Source: Planctopirus limnophila DSM 3776 (GTDB lineage Bacteria; Planctomycetota; Planctomycetia; Planctomycetales; Planctomycetaceae). From it: 32,000 nucleotides of DNA. The position numbers were made by a program, and so were the translations under genes. Of the stretch, positions 8,831 to 17,716 are shown piece after piece (the stretch's first letter is position 1; each line of letters starts with the position of its first letter). The DNA is taken from NCBI RefSeq assembly GCF_000092105.1, contig NC_014148.1:270001-302000 (forward strand), read 5' to 3'. Under the pieces are notes generated by a model. It did not search any database. It saw nothing but the letters and a program-made list of their open reading frames with translations, and was not told where the DNA came from.

Positions 8831-9658
8831 ATGGCAACCTCATTGGATCTTCCGCAATCTCGCACGATTTTCTGGCCGGCTGTCTTCACACTGGCACAGC
8901 GCGAAGTCATTCGTTTCTTGAGGCAGCGTTCGCGGCTGATTGGTGCACTGGCCCAGCCCATCCTGTTCTGGATTCTCTTTGGGGCAGGTCTGCGAGGTTC
9001 GTTTCAGTCGAACGACGGCGCTTCATTTCAGGCCTATTTCCTGCCGGGTGTGGCGGTCATGATTGTGCTGTTCACAGCCATTTTCTCGACCATCTCGATC
9101 ATCGAAGATCGGCGTGAAGGGTTTCTGCAGGGAGTTCTGGCAGCCCCGGTTTCTCGTCTGGCCATCGTGATTGGTAAATTGCTGGGTGGTTCGATACTGG
9201 CTGTCTCTCAGGCTCTGTTGTTTCTCTTGATTGGGCCTTTACTCTCTTTCATCGGGCTGACGGAATCCGTCCCGCTGGGCCTGACCATCTCGAACATTCT
9301 GCCAGTGATTGGCTTTCTCACGCTCCTTGCCTTCGCACTGACCGGGCTGGGTTACATGATTGCCTGGCAGATGACATCCACGCATGGATTTCACGCCATT
9401 ATGAGTGTCTTTCTCATGCCCATGTGGTTGTTAAGTGGTGCTTTTTTTCCCGCTCAGGAAGGTTGGCTCAAATGGGTTCTCGCTGTGAACCCACTCACCT
9501 ATGGAGTCGCTGGTTTAAGGCTATTGTTGCGCCCCGAGTCGGCCATCAATTTACCATCCTGGAATACCTGCCTGCTCGTGACTGTTTTATTTGCTGTTTT
9601 CTGTGTGACTGTGGCCTGCTGGCAAACCAGTCAGAGATCGATCAGAAATGTTCGCTGA
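8831..9658 (+). CDS. ABC-2 type transporter permease (no adjacent ATPase)
   Basis: 275 aa with about six predicted TM helices. The N-terminal REVIRFLRQRSRLIGALAQPILF segment and overall layout are typical of ABC-2/NatB/NosY-type permeases. The upstream neighbour is the rpoD terminator, not an ATPase gene. Confidence 0.7.
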   Translation: MATSLDLPQSRTIFWPAVFTLAQREVIRFLRQRSRLIGALAQPILFWILFGAGLRGSFQSNDGASFQAYFLPGVAVMIVLFTAIFSTISIIEDRREGFLQGVLAAPVSRLAIVIGKLLGGSILAVSQALLFLLIGPLLSFIGLTESVPLGLTISNILPVIGFLTLLAFALTGLGYMIAWQMTSTHGFHAIMSVFLMPMWLLSGAFFPAQEGWLKWVLAVNPLTYGVAGLRLLLRPESAINLPSWNTCLLVTVLFAVFCVTVACWQTSQRSIRNVR

Positions 9659-9735
9659 TGATCACTGGCCTCGAGGGGTCTCGAGGTGAACCTGCAATAC
9701 AGATGATTCTGCTGGGAAGATGACAGGTTGAACTT

Positions 9736-11070
9736 ATGCAAATGATGATTTCCCATCCGCACCGATCGCTGATCAAGTCTGAGTCACGCCTCTCGAAGAC
9801 ATTAATGGCGTATGGAAGCATGACGGCTCTGATGATTGGTTGCCTGACTCTCCTGCCAGTTGGTGCTCCCATGGCACTGGCTCAGGAATCATCCGGCACG
9901 ATGATCAAGGTTCAGCCGGGTGAAGGGAGCATCATTGACTCATCTCAACTCACAACAGCACCCAGCCAGGGGCTCGTTGATCAGCACGGGAAGCTGATCC
10001 CGAAGGATCCACTGACGGGTCAAAATGCGATCTGGCCTGCGGAAGGAGTCGAACCTTTTGAGTTCACCAATCAGGACGGTGAGAAGATCAGTAACGAGTC
10101 ACTGAAGGGTAAGCCCTACGCCATCTCGTTCGTGTTCACCCAGTGCCGGGGACCCTGCCCCATGGTGACAGGCGCCATGCGGGAACTTGCTGATCGTACT
10201 CAAAAATACGATGTCAATCTGGTCACTTTGAGCATTGATCCAGCGAGAGATACTCCCGAAGTGTTGAAGGAGTATGCCAAAACGTATGGCGCAGATACCA
10301 GTCGCTGGCAGTTTCTTACCGGGCCGCAAAATGAGGTGCACAAACTCATTGCCACCAACTTTCTGATGCCGGTCGGAGAAGATACTTCGCCGCAGCGTGA
10401 ACTGGGCAAAGAATTTGAACATACCACCAACGTCATGCTGGTTGATGCGCTAGGGGTCGTTCGCGGGAAGTTTAACTCCACCAATCCCGCTGAAATGGCG
10501 GTCTTACGCAGGCACCTCATCACTCTGGCCACGGGTGTCGAACCGGAGCCATTGCCTGAGGAGAAAATGATTGTCCTTGCGGGTAATGTGCGACCCATTC
10601 CACCTGAGGATCTGCTCCCCCGCTGGGTCAAAACGCTGCCCGCCATCAATGCCGCTCTCAATGGCCTGGCGACTTTGCTATTAATTACAGGTTACATCTG
10701 TATCCGGCGAGGTCAGCGTGAAATGCATCGCCAGCTGATGCTTTCCACCTTCATGACATCTGTCGTATTTTTAGTCTGCTATCTGGTCTATCATTGGGCT
10801 TTACACGCCTACACCGGTTCCAGTGGCAAGAAATTTGAAGGAACAGGGATCATCCGCCCGGTCTACTTTGCCATACTCGTAACCCATGTGGCGTTGGCAG
10901 CACTTGTCCCCGTACTGGCGATTATTACCATCAGCCGTGCCTTACGCGGCCAGTGGGAACGCCATCGCCAACTGGCGGTCATTACGTTCCCCATCTGGCT
11001 CTACGTGAGTGTGACCGGCGTGCTGATCTACTTCATGCTCTATCATCTCTTCCCTGGCCCTCAAGCCTGA
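9736..11070 (+). CDS. Sco1/SenC copper chaperone fused to a DUF420 (CtaM-like) membrane domain
   Basis: Signal/anchor MTALMIGCLTLLPVGAPMALA. Sco thioredoxin-fold motif FVFTQCRGPCPMV (CxxxC) with the downstream His (FEHTTNVMLVD). The C-terminal ~150 aa has four TM helices and a DUF420-like pattern (RRGQREMHRQLMLSTF..HWALHAY..THVALAA). The start may be ATG 9805. Confidence 0.85.
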   Translation: MQMMISHPHRSLIKSESRLSKTLMAYGSMTALMIGCLTLLPVGAPMALAQESSGTMIKVQPGEGSIIDSSQLTTAPSQGLVDQHGKLIPKDPLTGQNAIWPAEGVEPFEFTNQDGEKISNESLKGKPYAISFVFTQCRGPCPMVTGAMRELADRTQKYDVNLVTLSIDPARDTPEVLKEYAKTYGADTSRWQFLTGPQNEVHKLIATNFLMPVGEDTSPQRELGKEFEHTTNVMLVDALGVVRGKFNSTNPAEMAVLRRHLITLATGVEPEPLPEEKMIVLAGNVRPIPPEDLLPRWVKTLPAINAALNGLATLLLITGYICIRRGQREMHRQLMLSTFMTSVVFLVCYLVYHWALHAYTGSSGKKFEGTGIIRPVYFAILVTHVALAALVPVLAIITISRALRGQWERHRQLAVITFPIWLYVSVTGVLIYFMLYHLFPGPQA

Positions 11071-11103
11071 GTTGAGACCGGTGCAGATATTAAGATACGC
11101 AGA

Positions 11104-14100
11104 TCATCGAGGTCGCAGCAGTCGATCAAGGCCACCAGGGAGCTTCCCGTCAATCAGTGATTCGACGGCTGAGCCCGCCACTCGCTTCGCCAGATCACCA
11201 ATCGCTCGACCATCGACCTGAGGCCTGGAAAGCGTACCACCCACAGGGATATTGATCGTCTGCCCTTTCAAAGCCTGCAGTACCGGTCGATCACCAATCC
11301 AGTCATCCAGCAGAGGAATCTGTACGACCATCTGAAGTGATTCATCGAGGCCTACCGAACCTGTTGTGCGGATCGTGGCGAGACTCGTTTCGAAGATCAA
11401 CTGGCGATGATGCAGCCGCCCGTTGACCAGCCGGAATTCCGTCTGCTGCTCGGGCATACGCATCAAAGTCCCACCATTCCCAGTCCCGGCTCCACGGTCA
11501 ATGACCGCACGAATCTGTTGAATGACCCCCGTAATCTGCATGGCTAATGGCCCGGCTGCAACTTCTGCCCCATGGATCTTGAGCACACCACCCACATCCG
11601 CACCATTCATGTTCGACAGCGGAATTTGCCCCCCCGCCAATTCGAGGCTGGTCGAACCACTCACTCTGGTGGCATCGGCCAGAAGTGGAACAGCATACTT
11701 CAGCCATGTCTCGCACAACTCCTGCGAGAACTGTACGTTCTGAGCGACTTCACCTTTGGGGAGAATGATGACCGGCACCGGTGCTGCCAGATGTACGGCT
11801 GGTGCGAGCATGACCCGACCCTGGTTCACTGTCGTATTGATCGGTGTCATTCGCAGCCAGCCATCTTCCAATCGGCCACCCAGTTCGACGGCACCAATCT
11901 CCAGATTCATATAACTCGCATCATCCCAGCCAATCCCGGCTTCACCCGTAAACGACTTGATCCAGGCGAGATCACTGGCTGGAACTCCACTGGTCGAAAC
12001 ATTGACGGATGGCGTCGTCATGGCCATCCCGCTGGAAGGCAGGTTCCCGATCAGTTGAAACTTACGCTGCCCTTTGCCGGTGATTCTTAATGTGCGAGAG
12101 GGACTTCCATTGCTGGTATTGGTCGCAAGTCGAGGAGTTAATCGATCCCAGTCGTAAGCCAGTTCACCTGTGAGTTCGACGCGAGGTTGAGTCTCATCGA
12201 GATTTAAGCGGCCACGGGAAGTCATACCCAAACCACTTCCTTGTAGAGAAAAACTGGCCAGTTCCCAGTTGTTCTGGCCGAGAGTTCCTTTCACCAGGAG
12301 TTGAGAGGTGATGTTGGTCTCAGAAAATAAGGGCTGCCAGACTCCAGGCTCTCCCGGCCGACTGGTCAACGATTGAATTTCGATGCGGTCGGATTGGAGT
12401 TGGGTATCCAACTGTACCGAACTCCCTTGTGCTTCGACTTTGACGGTCCCCGTGACAATTCCCACAGGAACGGTCGTCATGGGGACAGCCGAAGAATTCG
12501 TCCAGCGGGCCAAAGTTGCGAGATCAGCTTTAAGCCCGACATCCCCAGCGAGTGCCTGAATACCATTGGCATTTCCCGCATACACAATGTTCTTGCCATC
12601 AAGAATAATGGCCGAACTGCGCACGAGGAGTTCCGGGAGTTTGACCTGCCCACTCTGGCGATCCATGGAGGAAGAGAGATCCACACGAATTTCACGATCG
12701 ACCAGTTGAATCCCACTTCCCAGCAATTGAGCATCACTCCAGCGAAGTTTGCCCCCTTGAAGATTCAATGTCGATTTGTCCCAGAGCACCGTCGCAGACT
12801 GCTCGACCAGGCCGTTGGCTTCGTAGGCACCGACAAGATTTAATGACCGCGCCCGCGTCAGCCAGCGACCAGCTCCACCTTGAAGTGTCAGATCAAGACC
12901 TCCCGTAGAACCATCGAATAACACAGGTTGCAGGATGTTTGCAGTCAGTTTGTCACTGGCGGAAGCAACCACGAAAGTGCCACTCAAAGCCTGTGAAGGT
13001 GCCTTACCAGCGGGAGCATACAGTATGGCTTCGCCACCAATTCGCAGGTCGGGTTCGGCCCAGACAAACTCTTTGGCAGGCTGCTCTGCCGTCGGGAGAC
13101 TGAGGACAAACTGGCTGGCCTGAAACTCTCCCGTCACCTTCACTCGTTCGGTCGTGGTGCGTTCAAGAGCCATATTCCCGTTCAATTCACCGGCAAGAGT
13201 CAATCCTCCCAGATCGAGAAAGCGACCCATTTCTTCAGCCAGTTTGGCGAGGTTGGCCTGCAGTCGAACTTCACCGGCATCGATTGTTCCACGGCCCGTA
13301 GCCACCATGAACGGCGATTGCACATTCAGGCTTTCGACTTCGGCGACACCTTGTTCAATCAACATCACCAGTCGTGCGCTGACAGGTTCTGGCCACGAAA
13401 GTTTTCGACCCTGTTCCCGCGCTTCAAGCCCTTCCAGCTTGCTGGAAACAACCCACTGCTGCTGACCTTGGGCCGGACGCGAAGAAACGGCCATCGCTTC
13501 CAGTCGGCCCGCTTCAATCGAGATCCCTTCACGAATGCGCAAGGTGGCGGGCAAGAGCTTGGCGAGTCGAGCCAGATCAACAGCCGCCGATAACCGGAAA
13601 TCGCCCAGTTCAGCGAGTGCCGTGGTCGCGTTACTGTCACCGGTCATGGCCGAAAGTAGGGCAGCCGTTGGCACGGGCCCATCGAGATCGATTCCGCCCA
13701 CATCGGTCGAGAGCCGCAGTTTGCGAAACGTGGCCACTGGGCCAGACTGGCTGGCTTCACCGGCGAGAACAATGGCCTTGAATTGTGGCAGGTCGTTTCC
13801 CATTTGAGGAAAGCCCGCGATGGCCAGATCTGTCAGGCCGATCTGTCCATTCCATGTCCACTCGGCCTTTTCGATCTCGGGTGGAAATTTCCAGTTGGCC
13901 TTCCCCGAAGCAGAGAGTATGCCAGCCAGTCGTGCTTCGGGATACGACCGTTTTGCCAGGACTTCGCCGATCTCCAGAGGCAGGGCATCGCACTGAATAT
14001 CAAGTTTGCCTTGAGAATTCGGGGTGTCGCCCCCGGTGCTGAGTGAATCAAAATCGATCGACAATGGTGTCTGAAAACGATCACCTTTGATTTCGCTTTT

Positions 14101-14766
14101 GACTTGAGCAGCCAGGCGGTTCGAGTGCGCATCCCCCAGGGTGGTGAAACTCACGTTGAGCCCATCGATCACGAACGCGCGGGGCGATGTGGTTTCCTTC
14201 CAGTTGACCTTTCCCTGGTCGATTTTGAAGGTATACGAGTAAGGCCCGCCACTGGATTCACCAGTCAGCAATTCACTCAGCAGGCGTTCGACATTTGAAC
14301 TGGCTTCATCCAGCTTGAGTTCAATCACCGGTTGATGCAGGGTCATTGTACCGGGTGCTGCCGGCTGTCGAATGATCGAAACTAACGTCGCATCCGATGT
14401 CAGCCTGGGAATTGTGGCGATGATTTCGCCCTGAGCATCCTTAACGAGCACATTGCGAAGTTCGATGGCATTCAACCAGCCCAGACTGGCTTCGCCAATC
14501 GTCATGGTGCCTGTGAAGTGCGGAAAGAGCAGGCCCGGAATTTTCTGACGCAGTGATGTCTGGCCAACAATGGTGGGTGCCAGCCAACCGGCTGTGAGTA
14601 GCAGGACGACCAGCACGCCCAGATATCTTCCACTTCTTTTGGGAGGAGTTTCAGAATTCGAAGCAACAGGCATGTCGTTGGCAGGAGGCTCCTGACCAGG
14701 TAATGGTTCAGATGGAGCAACTGGCAGATTCAAAGTAGATCTCTCCTTATCGAACGACCAGGTCAT
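11104..14766 (-). CDS. AsmA-family / TamB-like large envelope protein
   Basis: N-terminal TM anchor (YLGVLVVLLLTAGWLAPTIVG) is followed by more than 1100 aa of beta-rich Gly/Ser/Thr/Leu sequence. The C-terminus is AsmA_2-like (IRTTGSVGLDESLQMVVQIPL..TINIPVGGTLSRPQV). Confidence 0.6.
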   Translation of the reverse strand: MTWSFDKERSTLNLPVAPSEPLPGQEPPANDMPVASNSETPPKRSGRYLGVLVVLLLTAGWLAPTIVGQTSLRQKIPGLLFPHFTGTMTIGEASLGWLNAIELRNVLVKDAQGEIIATIPRLTSDATLVSIIRQPAAPGTMTLHQPVIELKLDEASSNVERLLSELLTGESSGGPYSYTFKIDQGKVNWKETTSPRAFVIDGLNVSFTTLGDAHSNRLAAQVKSEIKGDRFQTPLSIDFDSLSTGGDTPNSQGKLDIQCDALPLEIGEVLAKRSYPEARLAGILSASGKANWKFPPEIEKAEWTWNGQIGLTDLAIAGFPQMGNDLPQFKAIVLAGEASQSGPVATFRKLRLSTDVGGIDLDGPVPTAALLSAMTGDSNATTALAELGDFRLSAAVDLARLAKLLPATLRIREGISIEAGRLEAMAVSSRPAQGQQQWVVSSKLEGLEAREQGRKLSWPEPVSARLVMLIEQGVAEVESLNVQSPFMVATGRGTIDAGEVRLQANLAKLAEEMGRFLDLGGLTLAGELNGNMALERTTTERVKVTGEFQASQFVLSLPTAEQPAKEFVWAEPDLRIGGEAILYAPAGKAPSQALSGTFVVASASDKLTANILQPVLFDGSTGGLDLTLQGGAGRWLTRARSLNLVGAYEANGLVEQSATVLWDKSTLNLQGGKLRWSDAQLLGSGIQLVDREIRVDLSSSMDRQSGQVKLPELLVRSSAIILDGKNIVYAGNANGIQALAGDVGLKADLATLARWTNSSAVPMTTVPVGIVTGTVKVEAQGSSVQLDTQLQSDRIEIQSLTSRPGEPGVWQPLFSETNITSQLLVKGTLGQNNWELASFSLQGSGLGMTSRGRLNLDETQPRVELTGELAYDWDRLTPRLATNTSNGSPSRTLRITGKGQRKFQLIGNLPSSGMAMTTPSVNVSTSGVPASDLAWIKSFTGEAGIGWDDASYMNLEIGAVELGGRLEDGWLRMTPINTTVNQGRVMLAPAVHLAAPVPVIILPKGEVAQNVQFSQELCETWLKYAVPLLADATRVSGSTSLELAGGQIPLSNMNGADVGGVLKIHGAEVAAGPLAMQITGVIQQIRAVIDRGAGTGNGGTLMRMPEQQTEFRLVNGRLHHRQLIFETSLATIRTTGSVGLDESLQMVVQIPLLDDWIGDRPVLQALKGQTINIPVGGTLSRPQVDGRAIGDLAKRVAGSAVESLIDGKLPGGLDRLLRPR

Positions 14767-15146
14767 TGATCAACATGACCCGTCGAATCAGCACACATCC
14801 ATGGCTGTTGATGGATAAACCATCACCTGCATGTTTCGTCAGAACCTCATGAGTTTGTGGATAACCGGCTGATTGCTCAAGATCGGTTCTGAACACCCCC
14901 TTTCGCACATTTCCTGAACTCCGGATAAAGATGCAAAAAGTCGAACCGTTTCAGTCTTTGTATTTTCGCTGGTTCATTAGTCGTCTGGCAGAAACTGCAC
15001 GTAATCCGGCGTTGTAGTAAGGGAAATTTGAAATGATGAAGATAAAATGAACAGGCAATAACCTTGTTTGATGAGTGATCGTCGTTGTAGTTCATAACTC
15101 GAAGAGCATATTCTTAACGCAGTCGACGCGAGAATTAAAAAGTGAA

Positions 15147-15377
15147 ATGAGACACCCAAACAAACACATCCGGGCTGCGATTGAGTTTGCTCTCAGTTGC
15201 GGCTGGGCAGCCCGTTCTGGTGGCGGTCATGCCTTCTGTATAATTTTTTGTCCAAAGAATAATCGCAGTGGTTGCCAGAAAAGTGTCTGGTCAACTCCCC
15301 GTGACCCGGAAGCTCATGCTCGCGATATCATTCGATTTGTTGAAAAGTGTCCGCATTCCGGAGAGACAGATGACTAA
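15147..15377 (+). CDS. Small basic Cys/His-rich protein (HicA-like layout, tentative)
   Basis: 76 aa from an ATG preceded by AAAAAGTGAA. Net charge is about +3. Pattern GW..(7)..GHAFCIIFCP..GC..SVWSTPRDPEAHARDIIRFVEKCPH. The stop overlaps the next gene's start (ATGACTAA). Confidence 0.5.
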   Translation: MRHPNKHIRAAIEFALSCGWAARSGGGHAFCIIFCPKNNRSGCQKSVWSTPRDPEAHARDIIRFVEKCPHSGETDD

Positions 15378-15630
15378 AGAATTCACATTGTGGATTGATG
15401 CTGGTGAGCAAGAACTGCTGGAATGGTCGAACTCGGTTTTTGAAGCGGGTGGAGACGATATGTCGCCGGGAGTGCATTGTGGCGAGGCTTACGTTTCGGT
15501 TCATCGGGAAGCAGAAACCTTGGAGGAAGCCATTCGAAGTGCCCACATCACTCTGGCTAAGGCTGGTTTACGCGTGATTCGTTGCGAGATCGACGCCACT
15601 CAATCGGCTGCGATGGGAATCGCGTCTTGA
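15370..15630 (+). CDS. Small acidic protein, translationally coupled partner of the preceding gene
   Basis: 86 aa, net charge about -9. It overlaps the upstream CDS by 8 nt. The pattern EAGGDDMSPGVHCGEAYVSVHREAETLEEAIRSAHITLAKAGLRVIRCE resembles small alpha/beta N-terminal domains I recall upstream of antitoxin-like HTH proteins. That is recollection, not a search result. Confidence 0.5.
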   Translation: MTKEFTLWIDAGEQELLEWSNSVFEAGGDDMSPGVHCGEAYVSVHREAETLEEAIRSAHITLAKAGLRVIRCEIDATQSAAMGIAS

Positions 15631-15884
15631 GTGAGCAAACTCTGAAGATCATTGTGTCAGCAAATTTCTGTGAATTTGAATAGTTTCTCGTGGGACCCCT
15701 GGCTGGGAAACTTTTGTTTTGTACAGGTGTCCCAAAGGGAGATCTCCCTGCGATCAATTCATCGGATTCGGCTCGTTCTGTAAGAAAATCCTGTGCAAGA
15801 TGTAAAGATTGATGCCCGTCGAGTTTTGAGTACTCTCGCTTGGGTTGCTCGGACGCTGGCTCTCTTGTTTTGCAAGGATTGATC

Positions 15885-17228
15885 GTGAAGCAGCAAGTAT
15901 TTCTCCGTGGGCTCGTGGTTTTCGCGACCGCTCTCCTTCTCACACTTCCTGGCATGACTAACGCTGAAGACTGGCCGCAATGGATGGGGCTCAATCGGGA
16001 TGGACGCTGGCACGAAACAGGGCTCCTCCGCGAGTTTCCGGCTGACGGGGCCAAGTTCGCCTGGCGGGTTCCCGTGGGCATGGGCTACAGCGGCCCGGCT
16101 GTCGCTGGCGGTAAAGTCTTTCTGACAGACTATGTGAAAAAAACCGGCGAAATCAAAAACGACCCCGGTGCCCGCAATGTCCTCGATGGGCAGGAGCGGA
16201 TTCGCTGCTTCAATGAGGCCGACGGAAAGCTGCTCTGGGAGCATGCCTACGATGCGCCGTATTCGATTTCTTATCCATCAGGCCCGCGTTGTACCCCCAC
16301 AGTCGATCGAGATCTGGTGTACGCCCTGGGTGCAGAAGGAGAACTCACCTGTTTGCAGGTTCAAGATGGCAAAGTCCTCTGGAGCAAGAACTTCAAGAAA
16401 GATTTCGGAGTCGAAACCCCCATCTGGGGATTCTCAGGACACCCACTCGTCGATGGCGATCAACTGATCTGTGTGGTCGGTGCGAAAGACGGACTCCTGA
16501 TCTCGTTCGATAAAAAGACAGGAACAGAAAAGTGGAGATCACTCAGCGCTTCTGAGCCAGGTTACGGTTCGCCCGTCATCATTGAAGCAGGCGGTGTCCG
16601 GCAACTCCTCATATGGACACCCGTAGAGATTGCTGCCGTCAATCCTTCCAATGGGAATGTCTACTGGAAGGAACCACTGCAGCCCGACTACGCCATGTCG
16701 ATCATGGCTCCGCAGAAATCGGGTGATTTTTTGTTCGCCAGTGGCATTGGCAATGTGGGGGCTGTCTATGAACTTGACCGCACCAGACCAGGTGCCAAAC
16801 TTTTGTGGCGAGGCACCAATAAGACCGCCCTCTATGCCGCCAACGCGACTCCACTCATTGTCGATGGAGTGATTTACGGCTGCGATTGCAATACCAGCCA
16901 GTTTCGAGCCGTAGAACTATCGACTGGCAAAAGGCTGTGGGAGACGTTCGCTCCCACGACGAATGAACGCCGTGCGCGGCACGGCACAGCGTTTCTTGTA
17001 CAGAATGGGGACCGTTACTTTCTGATGAGCGAGACGGGTGAACTGATCATTGCTCAGCTCTCAGCCCAGAAGTATGACGAGATCAGCAGAACCCGGATTC
17101 TCGAACCCACGGGTGAAGCCTTCGGAAGACCTGTCGTCTGGTCGCATCCGGCGTTTGCCAACGGCCATATCTACGCCAGGAACGACAAAGAGCTGGTGGC
17201 TGTCGATCTGCGTGATCACGCCAAGTGA
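15885..17228 (+). CDS. PQQ-like beta-propeller repeat protein (BamB-like fold), secreted
   Basis: GTG start with AAGGA 7 nt upstream. Signal peptide VKQQVFLRGLVVFATALLLTLPGMTNA followed by EDWPQWMG. Repeated G-K-x-L/V-W propeller motifs (DGKLLWEH, DGKVLWSK, GTEKWRS, GNVYWKE, GKRLWET). Confidence 0.8.
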   Translation: MKQQVFLRGLVVFATALLLTLPGMTNAEDWPQWMGLNRDGRWHETGLLREFPADGAKFAWRVPVGMGYSGPAVAGGKVFLTDYVKKTGEIKNDPGARNVLDGQERIRCFNEADGKLLWEHAYDAPYSISYPSGPRCTPTVDRDLVYALGAEGELTCLQVQDGKVLWSKNFKKDFGVETPIWGFSGHPLVDGDQLICVVGAKDGLLISFDKKTGTEKWRSLSASEPGYGSPVIIEAGGVRQLLIWTPVEIAAVNPSNGNVYWKEPLQPDYAMSIMAPQKSGDFLFASGIGNVGAVYELDRTRPGAKLLWRGTNKTALYAANATPLIVDGVIYGCDCNTSQFRAVELSTGKRLWETFAPTTNERRARHGTAFLVQNGDRYFLMSETGELIIAQLSAQKYDEISRTRILEPTGEAFGRPVVWSHPAFANGHIYARNDKELVAVDLRDHAK

Positions 17229-17284
17229 TTCAGCTTCTGGTCATGACCAACCATCTGCCAGATATCTTAGACATGCAAAGAACA

Positions 17285-17716
17285 CTACAGGCGGCCAATA
17301 CGCGCGTTCTCATGATCGAGTGTCATCACCGACTCAATCGTGTAGTTCGGTGAAAAGTACTGAAAGAACAGGCCGACATCACTCAAAGGTAATGTGACAC
17401 GCACCGTAACCTGTTCGGTACTCTCGGTGATCGGGTCAGGCGAGATGGTCACGCTGGCCTGTGTGGAATTGGTGCTGGCGAGAATGACATTTGCGCGAGC
17501 ACGAGCATCTGCAACGGTTTTGCCAGGCACAATCGCCACACGGGCTGCTTCGAACGCTGCCTGATCGACCGTCTGCTGGCACTGCACCACACGCCAGGCT
17601 TCGAAGAAGAAAAGCATGACGAGCATGAAGACAGGAAAAACCAGCGAGAACTCGACCATCAAGGCACCTCGACGGGCATGATGATGAAAGCGTTGTCTAT
17701 TTCGGTTGGCGTTCAT
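17285..17716 (-). CDS. TadE-like pilus assembly protein
   Basis: N-terminal RRGALMVEFSLVFPVFMLVMLFFFEAWR, the TadE/TadG-type pseudopilin-like hydrophobic segment. ATGA overlap with the upstream vWA gene. Confidence 0.8.
   Translation of the reverse strand: MNANRNRQRFHHHARRGALMVEFSLVFPVFMLVMLFFFEAWRVVQCQQTVDQAAFEAARVAIVPGKTVADARARANVILASTNSTQASVTISPDPITESTEQVTVRVTLPLSDVGLFFQYFSPNYTIESVMTLDHENARIGRL

Noticed and set aside
15010-15091. 9-nt direct repeat CGTTGTAGT at 15010 and 15083, upstream of the mini-cassette
   Set aside because: It is a single short repeat pair that does not flank the cassette (both copies lie on the same side). That is compatible with chance and is not evidence of an insertion site.
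15737-15748. Perfect 12-bp palindromes GGGAGATCTCCC (15737-15748) and TGGTCATGACCA (17238-17249) in spacers
   Set aside because: About eight perfect 12-bp palindromes are expected by chance in 32 kb. Neither has a usable loop or a U-tract, so neither is a convincing terminator.
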